Assembly (NCBI GenBank): GCA_026983525.1
Contig: JALWHQ010000439.1
Coordinates: 1 to 34,658, forward strand
Source of the DNA: Anaerolineae bacterium
GTDB taxonomy: Bacteria; Chloroflexota; Anaerolineae; JAADDB01
Reading direction: 5' to 3'
DNA length: 34,658 bases
Part shown: positions 8,393-17,340 of the stretch, piece after piece
Numbering within the stretch: position 1 is the first letter of the stretch
Layout of the letters: each line of letters starts with the position of its first letter
Program-made: the position numbers and the translations under genes
The notes under the pieces: generated by a model
What the model was told of the DNA's origin: nothing
The model's database searches: none
What the model saw: the letters and a program-made list of their open reading frames with translations, nothing else

Positions 8393-9925
8393 TTATCGAG
8401 ACATAAGCGGTAGAAAAGAGGAAAAGAATGTACACGCCTTTCGCCCACTTAGTTCGTATGTAAAGGAGCGAAGTGGCCAAGAGCCCTCAATCGGCCTTGG
8501 TAACTGTATGTAGGTTGGAGAAGCGGTGGCTTGGAAGGAGATAGTCTCCACTTGGGTAGAAGGGATTTCTCCCGCACAATCGCTGTTGCCATTGGCGTCG
8601 ATTTTGACCACATACATATCTTCCTGTTGAGCGCCAAAACTCTTCGTCCACCCCCCGATGAGAAATCCTCCATCTGATGTCTGCACCACGGCTTTCGCGG
8701 TATCATCTTCAGGACCACCATAGGTTCTGCTCCATACCATGTTACCCGTGGCATCAATCTTCACCAGGTACAGATCCCTCCCTCCTCGGCCAAAACTCTC
8801 TGTGTAACCCGCCAAGACGAAACCACCGTCGGATGTAGGGGCTACAGCGTAGGCCTTCTCATCCTTAGGACCGCCATACGTACGGCTCCACACGAGATTG
8901 CCCGAGGCATCAATTTTGAGCGCGTACATGTCCATTCCCCCCACACCATAACTCTCCGTAGATCCAACAAGGAGAACCCCACCATCAAGGGTGAGCGTTG
9001 CCCCCCAAACTTCCTCGTTCTCCACACCACCATACGTGCGCTTCCACCACATGCCCCCTTTAGGGTAAATCTTTATCACGTAGATATCGCTTTTTCCCGC
9101 ACCAAAACTTTCCGTTTCCCCTATCAGCAAAATTCCCCCATCCCCCATTTGCACAGCCCCCCTCCCCACATCGTTAGATCTGCCACCATAGGTGCGACTC
9201 CACAGGGGATTGAAGGAAGCATCCAAATTGACGACATAAACATCGTATGCGCCAACACTCGTAGAGGAGGTCGTCCCTACCAAAAGGTAGCCTCCAACCC
9301 ATAAAGGGATGACCGTTAGAGCTGCATCGATATACGACCCCCTAAGAACATAGTGACGTTGGACCTCACCGTTAGCCCGGATTTTGAGCACAAACACGTC
9401 ATCCAAAGCATAAAGACCAAAAAGCCCACCTGGCATCTTTGTGGCCCCTGTAATGAGAAACCCCCCATCAGCGGTCTGAATCCCCCGCCAGGGAACATCG
9501 TCTCTATCCCCGCTGTAAGCGCGTGTCCATTGAGGATTACCAAAAGCATCGATTTTTATGGCCACAACGTCCAATCCTCGACCATTTCCGGTCGTGGCTG
9601 CCCCTAAGAGTAAAAAGCCCCCATCTGTCGCGGGGATGATTGAACTTATGCCATCCCGACCGCTTCCCCCAAAGACACGCTGAAAACGCGAGGAAGCAGC
9701 AACGAAGGATGGTTGTTGCCTGGTCGCAAATGGAGACAGCGCATCAACAGCAGAGCCCACACAGTCTACTTCATAGGAAGGGGAAAAAGGGGATACCGGG
9801 TAGAATATCCCAACCAAAACAATGGCAAACATTAACAACACCCGCCTGTAGTTTGATCTTCGCCATCGGCCATGCACCAGGCATCCACTACGGGCCAACA
9901 TGTTCCTCCTCCTATCTTTGTCCAA
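8393..9925 (-). CDS. Secreted 7-repeat beta-propeller protein (WxxTYGG...TxDGGF repeats) with C-terminal FLPLMSR tail; start uncertain (9925, 9901 or 9832)
   Basis: Basic region then a hydrophobic signal/TM segment. Seven ~49-aa repeats, a Cys-X47-Cys segment, then the terminal tail. Confidence 0.85.
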   Translation of the reverse strand: MDKDRRRNMLARSGCLVHGRWRRSNYRRVLLMFAIVLVGIFYPVSPFSPSYEVDCVGSAVDALSPFATRQQPSFVAASSRFQRVFGGSGRDGISSIIPATDGGFLLLGAATTGNGRGLDVVAIKIDAFGNPQWTRAYSGDRDDVPWRGIQTADGGFLITGATKMPGGLFGLYALDDVFVLKIRANGEVQRHYVLRGSYIDAALTVIPLWVGGYLLVGTTSSTSVGAYDVYVVNLDASFNPLWSRTYGGRSNDVGRGAVQMGDGGILLIGETESFGAGKSDIYVIKIYPKGGMWWKRTYGGVENEEVWGATLTLDGGVLLVGSTESYGVGGMDMYALKIDASGNLVWSRTYGGPKDEKAYAVAPTSDGGFVLAGYTESFGRGGRDLYLVKIDATGNMVWSRTYGGPEDDTAKAVVQTSDGGFLIGGWTKSFGAQQEDMYVVKIDANGNSDCAGEIPSTQVETISFQATASPTYIQLPRPIEGSWPLRSFTYELSGRKACTFFSSFLPLMSR

Positions 9926-9976
9926 ATTAAAGATGGGGGGAAGGAACAGTGTCCTCCCCCCTATCCTCCTCCTTAC

Positions 9977-12310
9977 TTAGCGTATGACCGCAGGCAGGTA
10001 ATGCTGTCGCGGCAGCGGATACAGCGCAAAACCAACGTCCACCACCGTGTTGGCCGCCACTTCCACCTCCACCGTCAGAGCGCTCACCACATACACCCCA
10101 CCCGGATACGCCACACTCACGGTGTAACGCCCTGGCATCACATCCACAAACCGGAAATAACCCTGAGCATCAGTCACCGTCTCACGAACCTCCGCCAGTC
10201 GACCCCACCCCAATGCCGACTCCAACCGCACTCTCAAACCAACCACCCCCTCTTCACCCGCATCCCGCTCACCATCTCGATCCACATCCGCCCATACATA
10301 CCCCTCCACGACACCCGTCGCAGGTGTCGCCGTCGCCGTCGCCGTCGGCGTAGGCGTCAACGTGGGCGTCGGGGTCGGCGTCGGCGTCGATGTCGCCGTA
10401 GGTGTCGCCGTCGGCGTCGGCGTAGGTCGCCCCAAGACAAACAGGTTGTCCACATAATACCCAGACGCCGGACTAATGTACTCTATCGTCCCTGCATCTA
10501 TCACCCGCCCAGGCAATGGCGCCTCCGCTCGTACCGATACCCACCCCCCAGGCGGCCGCACCTGCAAGCGATAGCGATAATACCCCTTGTCCTCCCACCA
10601 GAAGAGGAAAAACTGCCCATTCCCATGTGTCCTCGCTTGCTTCAACAAATCCCACCCCGCCGTGCGGGTGTTATACCCCAAAAGGTCGACCCTCACGTCC
10701 CCCATCGGCTTGCCTGACATATCCTCCACACGCCCCCAAAACCGGTAGTTGCGCACCGGTGTCGGGGATGGAGTAACCGTTGGCGTCGGGGTAGCCGTGG
10801 GAGGAGACGTTGGGGTCGGCGTCGGCGTAGGAGTGCCAGGAGCAAACGTTGGCGTCGGCGTCGGAGAGGATGTCGGCGTTGAGGTAGGGGACGGTGTAGG
10901 AGTCGGCGGCCCCACGAAGCATTGTTGAACCGGAAAAGCAAAGGTGGTAGAGACAGAGGGACTGATGCTTGACACTGTGGCATTCGTGGTTATACCGTAA
11001 GCCCCCCCTGGTGTCTGAGTAACGGAGATACTTTGCACGATGGCGTTGGAGGTGCCGGCAAACCCACATCCTGGAATATTCCCATTGGCGTCCAACTTCA
11101 ACACCCACAGATCTCCAGACATAGAGCCCGCCACGATATAACCACCATCGGCTGTCTGTTGGATAGCATTCCCTTCATCCCACCCATTATCTCCGTATGT
11201 TTTCTCCCACTGCACATTACCATTGGCGTCTAATTTCATCACCCAAACATCATACCAACCAGCGCCAAAGGAGTTAGTCCACCCGGATACAATGTAGCCC
11301 CCATCCGATGTCTGTTGGATAGCATAAAGCCTGTCCGTACCGTTACCCCCATAGGTTTTTTGCCATTGCACATTGCCATTAGCATCCAACTTTAACACCC
11401 ACGCGTCGCTAAAACCAGCACCAAAGGACAAAGTCTCTCCAGTCACAATGTAACCGCCATCTATCGTCTGTTGGATAGCGTAGCCGCGATCGTCATCACT
11501 TCCCCCATAGGCCTTTTGCCATTGCACATTGCCATTAGTGTCCAACTTCACTACCAACAGGTCATCACGCCCGGCCCCAAAAGACCGAGTGTATCCTGTC
11601 ACGATGTAACCACCGTCTGTCGTCTGTTGGATAGCATAACCATAATCAGGGCTCGTGCCACCAAAAGTTTTCTCCCATTGGACGTTGCCGTTAGCATCCA
11701 CTTTCAACACCCACACATCGTTAACCCCAAAGGAGTAAGTTCTTCCGACTACAACGTAGCCCCCGTCCGAGGTCTGCTGAACAGCAAGGCCATTTTCTCC
11801 CCCTCCGCCTCCATAAGTCTTCTGCCATTGCACATTGCCGTTGGCGTCCAACTTCAACACCCAGACATCATCATTGCCCGCGCCAAAGGAGTAGGTAGCT
11901 CCAACCACAATATAGCCACCATCCGATGTTTGCTGGATGTCTTGAGCCCAGTCGTGACTGCCTCCGCCATAAGCCCTTTGCCATTGCACATTGCCGTTAG
12001 CGTCCAACTTCAACACCCAAAAATCCCGATTACCAGCCCCAAAGGATTTGGTATACCCAGCAACGATATAACCGCCATCCGATGTTTGTCGAATTGCATA
12101 AGCCGTTTCAGTGGAGCCTCCTCCATACGATTTCGCCCATGCGGCACCGGCCATGCCTAAACCCTGTCGACTTATCGCGCCCAAACTGAGGTGCTCCGTT
12201 CCTGCCCGCGCAGCAGGCATCGTCCCCGTCACCAACATCAGCAATAGAAGCAACGCTCCCGGCACGAACTGCCACCGTAAAACACGTCGCTTCCGTACTT
12301 CCCCATTCAT
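9977..12310 (-). CDS. Secreted 7-repeat beta-propeller protein with PT linkers, a carboxypeptidase-regulatory-like domain, an SdrD-B/Cna-B-like domain and a YLPAVIR tail
   Basis: GGAGGTG RBS. Signal peptide ending PAARA. Seven WxKxYGG...QQTxDGGYIVxG...DxWVLKLDxNGN repeats. GVVEGYVWADVDRDGERDAGEEG...TDAQGYFRFVDVMPGRYTV. Confidence 0.9.
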   Translation of the reverse strand: MNGEVRKRRVLRWQFVPGALLLLLMLVTGTMPAARAGTEHLSLGAISRQGLGMAGAAWAKSYGGGSTETAYAIRQTSDGGYIVAGYTKSFGAGNRDFWVLKLDANGNVQWQRAYGGGSHDWAQDIQQTSDGGYIVVGATYSFGAGNDDVWVLKLDANGNVQWQKTYGGGGGENGLAVQQTSDGGYVVVGRTYSFGVNDVWVLKVDANGNVQWEKTFGGTSPDYGYAIQQTTDGGYIVTGYTRSFGAGRDDLLVVKLDTNGNVQWQKAYGGSDDDRGYAIQQTIDGGYIVTGETLSFGAGFSDAWVLKLDANGNVQWQKTYGGNGTDRLYAIQQTSDGGYIVSGWTNSFGAGWYDVWVMKLDANGNVQWEKTYGDNGWDEGNAIQQTADGGYIVAGSMSGDLWVLKLDANGNIPGCGFAGTSNAIVQSISVTQTPGGAYGITTNATVSSISPSVSTTFAFPVQQCFVGPPTPTPSPTSTPTSSPTPTPTFAPGTPTPTPTPTSPPTATPTPTVTPSPTPVRNYRFWGRVEDMSGKPMGDVRVDLLGYNTRTAGWDLLKQARTHGNGQFFLFWWEDKGYYRYRLQVRPPGGWVSVRAEAPLPGRVIDAGTIEYISPASGYYVDNLFVLGRPTPTPTATPTATSTPTPTPTPTLTPTPTATATATPATGVVEGYVWADVDRDGERDAGEEGVVGLRVRLESALGWGRLAEVRETVTDAQGYFRFVDVMPGRYTVSVAYPGGVYVVSALTVEVEVAANTVVDVGFALYPLPRQHYLPAVIR

Positions 12311-12427
12311 GGCTCACCTCCTAACGTGTGTGAAGTGCTGAACAGTATTCACAAAATCACACCGACTTGGCAGCAGACCTTTAATGGCCACAGAGCGCAT
12401 GAAGGGTTCATCTTCCATTGATAAAAA

Positions 12428-12463
12428 GACATAGCAGATCGGTAGGAACAAAGTGTGAACAAA
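12428..12463 (-). promoter_or_regulatory. Shared promoter/operator box, copy B
   Basis: Plus strand ATAGCA-gatcggta-GGAACAAAGTGTGAACAAA. The 19-mer is identical to copy C. Confidence 0.8.
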
Positions 12464-12609
12464 AGGCGGATATTAGGTATTGATTGGGGATTGGAGCCTA
12501 TGGGGAGGATACTTCGGAAGTTCTCGTGGATATGGGATATGGACTCGGATCCACCCCTTGATGATCGTTTGCCGGACTCACCGTTGGGTGACCACAGGGC
12601 GTTCTTTAT

Positions 12610-12645
12610 GTAGGGGGTGGGAGCGCTGCGCTGGCGCTCCCACCC
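12610..12645. repeat. GTAG-headed GC-rich palindrome (REP-like hairpin) after the 12656 stop
   Basis: gtag-g-gggtgggagcgc-tgcgctg-gcgctcccaccc, a perfect 12-bp stem. Confidence 0.55.
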
Positions 12646-12655
12646 GTGGGCTCTG

Positions 12656-14446
12656 CTACTGCATTACCGTGGGTAGGAACTGCCTCCGCGATAGCGGGTA
12701 CAGCGCAAAATCAACGTCCACCACCGTGTTGGCTGCCACATTTGCCTCCACCGTCAAGTCGCTCACCGCGTACACGCCCCCCGGATAGATCAGGCTCACG
12801 GTATAACGGCCGGGAGGCACGTTCGTGAAGCGATAGAAACCCTGGGCATTCGTGACCGCCTCCCTGACCTGAGCCTGGGATGCTTGGGCCGGCACCAACC
12901 GCACCGTCAAGCCGGCCAATCCTCCCTCACCGGCATCCCGTTCACCGTTCCGGTTCACGTCGGCCCACACGTGTCCTTGTACAGTGCCCGTGGTGGGCGT
13001 GGGGGTCGGTGTGGGCGTGGCTGCAATACATCGGACCCTGACAACAGCCGCAGGTGTGGCGACCGTCGCATTCGTGCTCCACACGCGGATGGAGGCCCAA
13101 CCTACTCCCATAGAAAGACGATCTCTTCGAACGTTGCTATTCCGCACTTCCGGAGTACTCCTGGCAAAGAGGTTGCATCCCGGAATGTCCCCCTGAGCAT
13201 TCATCCTGAACACCAGCATGTCTCCCCCGTCCACACCGGCCACAACGTAGTCGCCATTTTCGGTTTGCAGTACACTTTCTCCCCACTCGCCGCCTGGAGT
13301 CCCATATGTTTTCTGCCACTGAACACGGCCCTCCGGGGTCAACTTCAGCATCCAGACATCAATATTACCGGCACCGAAGGACCAGGTTTCTCCTACCAGA
13401 AGGTATCCCCCATCCCGTGTTTGCAGGACGTCGTAGAAAACATCGTATTCCCCTCCCCCAAACGTCTTCTCCCACTCTATGTCGCCGTTGGGTCTCAGTT
13501 TGACCACCCACGCATCGAAATAGGCACCGGCCGTCTTTGTTTCTCCGGCCAGGATAAACCCACCGTCGGTGGTCTGTTGTACGGCGTAGGCTTTGGCATC
13601 CCTACCTCGACTATACACCTGACTCCACTGGACGCGACCGTTGGCGTCCAATTTCATCGCCCAGAAATCGAACGTAGATTTCAGGGACGAACCAGCCAGA
13701 ATGTAACCACCGTCATCCGTTCCCTGAAAGTCGTTAACCGATATCGCTCTCCCTGCTTCTCCATAAGTTCTCTGCCATCGGAGAATCCCATTCCTGTCCA
13801 ATTTGAACAGCCAGGCATTGCCGTAATACTTACCAGCGATCAAGTAGCTACCATCACTCATCTCTTGGACAGCAGCGGCTTTATCGCCGCCCGCGTGCCC
13901 AAGGGTCGTTTGCCACTCGATGTTGCCGTTGGGTCCCAGTTTGACCACCCACGCATCTGACGCGCCGACACTGAATGACCAGGTAGAACCAGCCAGGATA
14001 TAGCCACCGTCCGTCGTCTGCTGAATAGAATGGACCTCTTCATCCGACGGGCCTCCATACGTCTTTTGCCACTCAATCTCTCCTTCGGGGTCCAGTTTGA
14101 TGACCCAGATGTCTTGATTTCTGGTTTCGCGGTACCACATGTGGCCGGCCAAAATGTACCCCCCGTCCGCGGTCTGTTGGATGGTATGAGCTTGTCCATA
14201 TTGCCCCTTCGTGCTGCTCTCATAACTCTTTGCCCATAGGGAACTTCCTGTGGCGCGGTTCATCACACAGGGCGTGTTGAAACTATCGCTCCCGGCAATG
14301 TATGAGATACTCGCCGTAACCTTACTTCCGCCCTCTGCTTGGGCCTGGGGGATAAACCCTGCTAACAAAATCCACACCAACAGAACCGTTCCCAAAACTA
14401 ACCGCCAACGCATCAAACCCAGGTTGTGGTCTCTCACTTCCATCAT
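12656..14446 (-). CDS. Secreted 7-repeat beta-propeller protein with PT linker, SdrD-B-like domain and FLPTVMQ tail
   Basis: AAGGAGGTG RBS. Signal peptide ending PQAQA. Seven repeats, GDIPGC...RC, then GTVQGHVWADVNRNGERDAGEGG. Confidence 0.9.
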   Translation of the reverse strand: MMEVRDHNLGLMRWRLVLGTVLLVWILLAGFIPQAQAEGGSKVTASISYIAGSDSFNTPCVMNRATGSSLWAKSYESSTKGQYGQAHTIQQTADGGYILAGHMWYRETRNQDIWVIKLDPEGEIEWQKTYGGPSDEEVHSIQQTTDGGYILAGSTWSFSVGASDAWVVKLGPNGNIEWQTTLGHAGGDKAAAVQEMSDGSYLIAGKYYGNAWLFKLDRNGILRWQRTYGEAGRAISVNDFQGTDDGGYILAGSSLKSTFDFWAMKLDANGRVQWSQVYSRGRDAKAYAVQQTTDGGFILAGETKTAGAYFDAWVVKLRPNGDIEWEKTFGGGEYDVFYDVLQTRDGGYLLVGETWSFGAGNIDVWMLKLTPEGRVQWQKTYGTPGGEWGESVLQTENGDYVVAGVDGGDMLVFRMNAQGDIPGCNLFARSTPEVRNSNVRRDRLSMGVGWASIRVWSTNATVATPAAVVRVRCIAATPTPTPTPTTGTVQGHVWADVNRNGERDAGEGGLAGLTVRLVPAQASQAQVREAVTNAQGFYRFTNVPPGRYTVSLIYPGGVYAVSDLTVEANVAANTVVDVDFALYPLSRRQFLPTVMQ

Positions 14447-14526
14447 CCACCTCCTTCATGATCTTCTCGCTCCCCGCCTGAGCAGGCAATGGGACACATT
14501 GGGAAACGGCCGGAACAACGAGCAAA

Positions 14527-14568
14527 CCTTGGGGTGACGGGAACGTCCTCTTGCCCGCCACCCCAAGG
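14527..14568 (-). terminator. Stem-loop just after the RCC1-repeat gene
   Basis: Minus strand ccttggggtggcggg-N12-cccgtcaccccaagg followed by tttg. Confidence 0.5.
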
Positions 14569-14575
14569 AGAACGT

Positions 14576-17233
14576 TCACCACAGCATGATAGGCAGCCAG
14601 TGGTGTTTCAGCGGCCGCGGAGAAACGTTGGGAATGGAAAGACGGAAGCCATCCCCCTCGCGCGGCCGCAAGGGGGCGCGGTTGTCCACACGCAACACAG
14701 TCTGAGCGCGGTATGTGCCCGCCCGCACTTCGATCAGGTACTCGCCCGGGGAGAAGGGCACGGACAGGAAGAGCACCATTTCGCCCGAAGGCTTGAAGCG
14801 GAGGCCATTCCTTACTACTCGGCCGTTGACCAGCAACTGGGCTGCCGCGTTGGGCGGGAAGTTCCAGGCCCACAGGGTGAACCAGCTACCGGGACGACCG
14901 GTGCGATAGTTGAGCCGTACTTCGGGAATGGTCTGGTTCAACACGGGCACGGGCTTGCGCTGGAGCGCGCCCCGCGCCCGTCCCAATTGCCCATAACCAT
15001 CCCATCCCCAGCAGAGCACGGGCGCGGTAGTGGCAGTGGTCACTAACGCACACGTGTAATCCTGCCCGGCCGTTACCGCCGTCACCCCCGCAGTAAGGTC
15101 TGGAACGGGCACCGGCCGCGGGCTGTTGCCCCAATCACCGTTACCCAATTGCCCCAAACCATTGGCTCCCCAACACCGGAGTGCACCATTCCCCAACAAA
15201 GCGCAGGTGTGCCGCGCGCCCGCGGCCACAGCCGTGACACTGCCGAGTCCTACCACGTTGACAGGCGCCCGTCGGGAAATAGTTGTTCCATCGCCCAACT
15301 GGCCGTAGGCATTATCGCCCCAACAGCGCACCTTGCCGTTGGTCAGCACCGCGCAGGTGTGAACAGTTCCCGCAGTAATGGATTTTGCTCGGCCGCCCAA
15401 GTTCACGACCTGCACCGGCCTATTGCGGGACGTTTGAGTATTATCGCCCAGTTGCCCGCGCGAGTTATCTCCCCAGCAACGCACAGAACCGTCCTGGAGC
15501 AGCGCGCAAGTGTGATCGTTCCCTGCAGCAAGGGCCACGGCTTTCCCACCCAGGTTGACCACCCGCACAGGGGTGGAACTGTTCTGCGTGGTGCCGTTGC
15601 CCAGTTGTCCCGTCCAGTTAATTCCCCAGCAGCGCACCGAGCCATCGCGCAGGAGTGCGCAGGTGTGAGCATTGCCCGCGACCACCGCGGTAGCCTGTCC
15701 CCCCAGGTTCCTGACCCGCACGGGCGTGTGTCGCTCTTGGGTGGTGCCATCCCCTAATTGGCCGGCAAAATTGCTGCCCCAGCAGAACACCGCGCCATCT
15801 TCCCGCACCGCGCATGTGTGCCCCCATCCTGCGGTCACCGCGATGGCCCGGCCGCCGAGGTTCACCACGCGTGCGGCCCGAAATCGAGCCCGCGTGGTTC
15901 CATCACCCAGTTGGCCGGATGTGTTGCTCCCCCAACAGCGCAGGGATCCATCCTCCAGGAGGGCGCAAGCGTGGAACCCGCCGGCAGCCACGGCCACAGC
16001 CTGTCGCGGCAATCCGAGGACGTGGCGGGGCATACTACTGGCCGCCGGAGAACTGTTCCCGAGTTGACCAAACGTATTGCTTCCCCAACAGCGCGCGGTG
16101 CGGTCTTCCAACACGGCACAGGCGTGGTCGCCGCCGGCAGCGATCTGCCGCACGCGGTCGCGCAACCCCAGGACGCTGACCGGTCGGTTCCTATCGGTCG
16201 TGGACGCGTTGCCCAGTTGGCCGCTGCCGTTCCGCCCCCAACACCGCACGCGGCCTGCTTCCAGAAGAGCACAGGTGAAGGAACCGCCTACGGCGAGGGC
16301 TTTGGCCTTGCCGCCCAGGTGAACGACGGACACCGGGGTCAGCCGCGTGGACCACGTTCCATCCCCCAGTTGACCGGCAAAATTGCTGCCCCAGCAGCGC
16401 ACGCTGCCGTTCTTCAACAATGCGCAGGTGTGGAAACTGCCAGCGCCAATGGCCACGGCCTGTCCGCCCAAGTTGGCGACCGGTCGCGGGGTCGTTTGTT
16501 GGGCCAACGAGCCAATTCCCAGTTGCCCGAATCGGTTGTTCCCCCAGCAGCGTGCGGAACCGTTCTGTAAGAGAGCACACGTGTGGATGTAGCCTGCAGT
16601 AATCGCAACGGCTCGCCCACCCAGGTTGGCGACGCGCACAGGTCGAGAGCGATTGCGCGTGGTACCGTCCCCCAACTGGCCGTACCAGTTATTCCCCCAA
16701 CAACGAACCGAGCCATCTTGGAGCAGGGCACATGTGTGGGTGGCCCCCGCGGCCAGGGCGATGGCTTTCCCGCCCAGGTTGATCACCCGCACAGGCCGGG
16801 GGCTGTCACGCGTGGTGCCATCCCCCAACTGGCCGTCCCCGTTCGCGCCCCAACAGCGCACTGCCCCACCTTGCAGGAGGGCGCACGCGTGGGATCCTCC
16901 GGCAACCACGGCAACGGCCACACCCCCCAAGTTGATAACGGGAGTGGGAACATGGCTGTCAATAGTCGTACCGTTGCCCAACTGCCCTTTCGTATTCTTC
17001 CCCCAGCAGTACACCCTTCCTCCTTGCACCAGGGCGCAGGTGAAATCAATACCTCCCGCGATATGCTGGATGTTGGGCAAAGGGGAAGTCGCGGTCAAAG
17101 CCGTTCGTTGGGTAATAGGCCGGGGTGTACCAATCAACACGTCAGCCTTTACTGGAAGCGGCGCGAGAACGAACAAACTGTTCACGAGAAGGAAGATATG
17201 GAGCCACGTCAGTACGGATTTTGTTCTGAGCAT
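14576..17233 (-). CDS. Secreted RCC1-repeat (RCC1/BLIP-II-like) protein with 14 repeats, a C-terminal beta-sandwich-like domain and a WLPIMLW tail
   Basis: GGAGG RBS before ATG 17233. Signal peptide ending PVKA. I count 14 AGxxHTCAL..GxVRCWGxNxxGQLGxG repeats. Confidence 0.92.
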   Translation of the reverse strand: MLRTKSVLTWLHIFLLVNSLFVLAPLPVKADVLIGTPRPITQRTALTATSPLPNIQHIAGGIDFTCALVQGGRVYCWGKNTKGQLGNGTTIDSHVPTPVINLGGVAVAVVAGGSHACALLQGGAVRCWGANGDGQLGDGTTRDSPRPVRVINLGGKAIALAAGATHTCALLQDGSVRCWGNNWYGQLGDGTTRNRSRPVRVANLGGRAVAITAGYIHTCALLQNGSARCWGNNRFGQLGIGSLAQQTTPRPVANLGGQAVAIGAGSFHTCALLKNGSVRCWGSNFAGQLGDGTWSTRLTPVSVVHLGGKAKALAVGGSFTCALLEAGRVRCWGRNGSGQLGNASTTDRNRPVSVLGLRDRVRQIAAGGDHACAVLEDRTARCWGSNTFGQLGNSSPAASSMPRHVLGLPRQAVAVAAGGFHACALLEDGSLRCWGSNTSGQLGDGTTRARFRAARVVNLGGRAIAVTAGWGHTCAVREDGAVFCWGSNFAGQLGDGTTQERHTPVRVRNLGGQATAVVAGNAHTCALLRDGSVRCWGINWTGQLGNGTTQNSSTPVRVVNLGGKAVALAAGNDHTCALLQDGSVRCWGDNSRGQLGDNTQTSRNRPVQVVNLGGRAKSITAGTVHTCAVLTNGKVRCWGDNAYGQLGDGTTISRRAPVNVVGLGSVTAVAAGARHTCALLGNGALRCWGANGLGQLGNGDWGNSPRPVPVPDLTAGVTAVTAGQDYTCALVTTATTAPVLCWGWDGYGQLGRARGALQRKPVPVLNQTIPEVRLNYRTGRPGSWFTLWAWNFPPNAAAQLLVNGRVVRNGLRFKPSGEMVLFLSVPFSPGEYLIEVRAGTYRAQTVLRVDNRAPLRPREGDGFRLSIPNVSPRPLKHHWLPIMLW

Positions 17234-17289
17234 AGCGTTAGCCTCCGGGTTGGGTATTAGAGATTGGGAAATTAGGGAATCGGATACAG

Positions 17290-17331
17290 GGGCCGAAAAA
17301 CCGACGTCGGGCATCTCCGATTTTTCGGCCC
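17290..17331. repeat. Intergenic palindrome beside degenerate heptamer repeats (17250-17285)
   Basis: gggccgaaaaa ... tttttcggccc (11-bp stem) enclosing the palindrome ccgacgtcgg. Confidence 0.6.
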
Positions 17332-17340
17332 TGGGACACT

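Noticed and set aside
9872-10717. Poly-Arg plus-strand ORF
   Set aside because: It is the antisense reading of the PTPT linker codons of the 9977-12310 gene.
12445-12463. GGAAC in the shared box as an ECF sigma -35 element on the plus strand
   Set aside because: No credible plus-strand gene follows any copy. The conserved TGcTAT element and downstream genes all point to the minus strand.
10021-12767. Near-identical segments as a DGR template/variable repeat pair
   Set aside because: Both copies are coding, the mismatches are not adenine-specific, and there is no reverse transcriptase in the window.
11080-16900. Regularly spaced ~150-bp DNA repeats as a CRISPR array
   Set aside because: They are degenerate protein-coding propeller repeats. 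There is no identical repeat/unique spacer structure and no cas genes.
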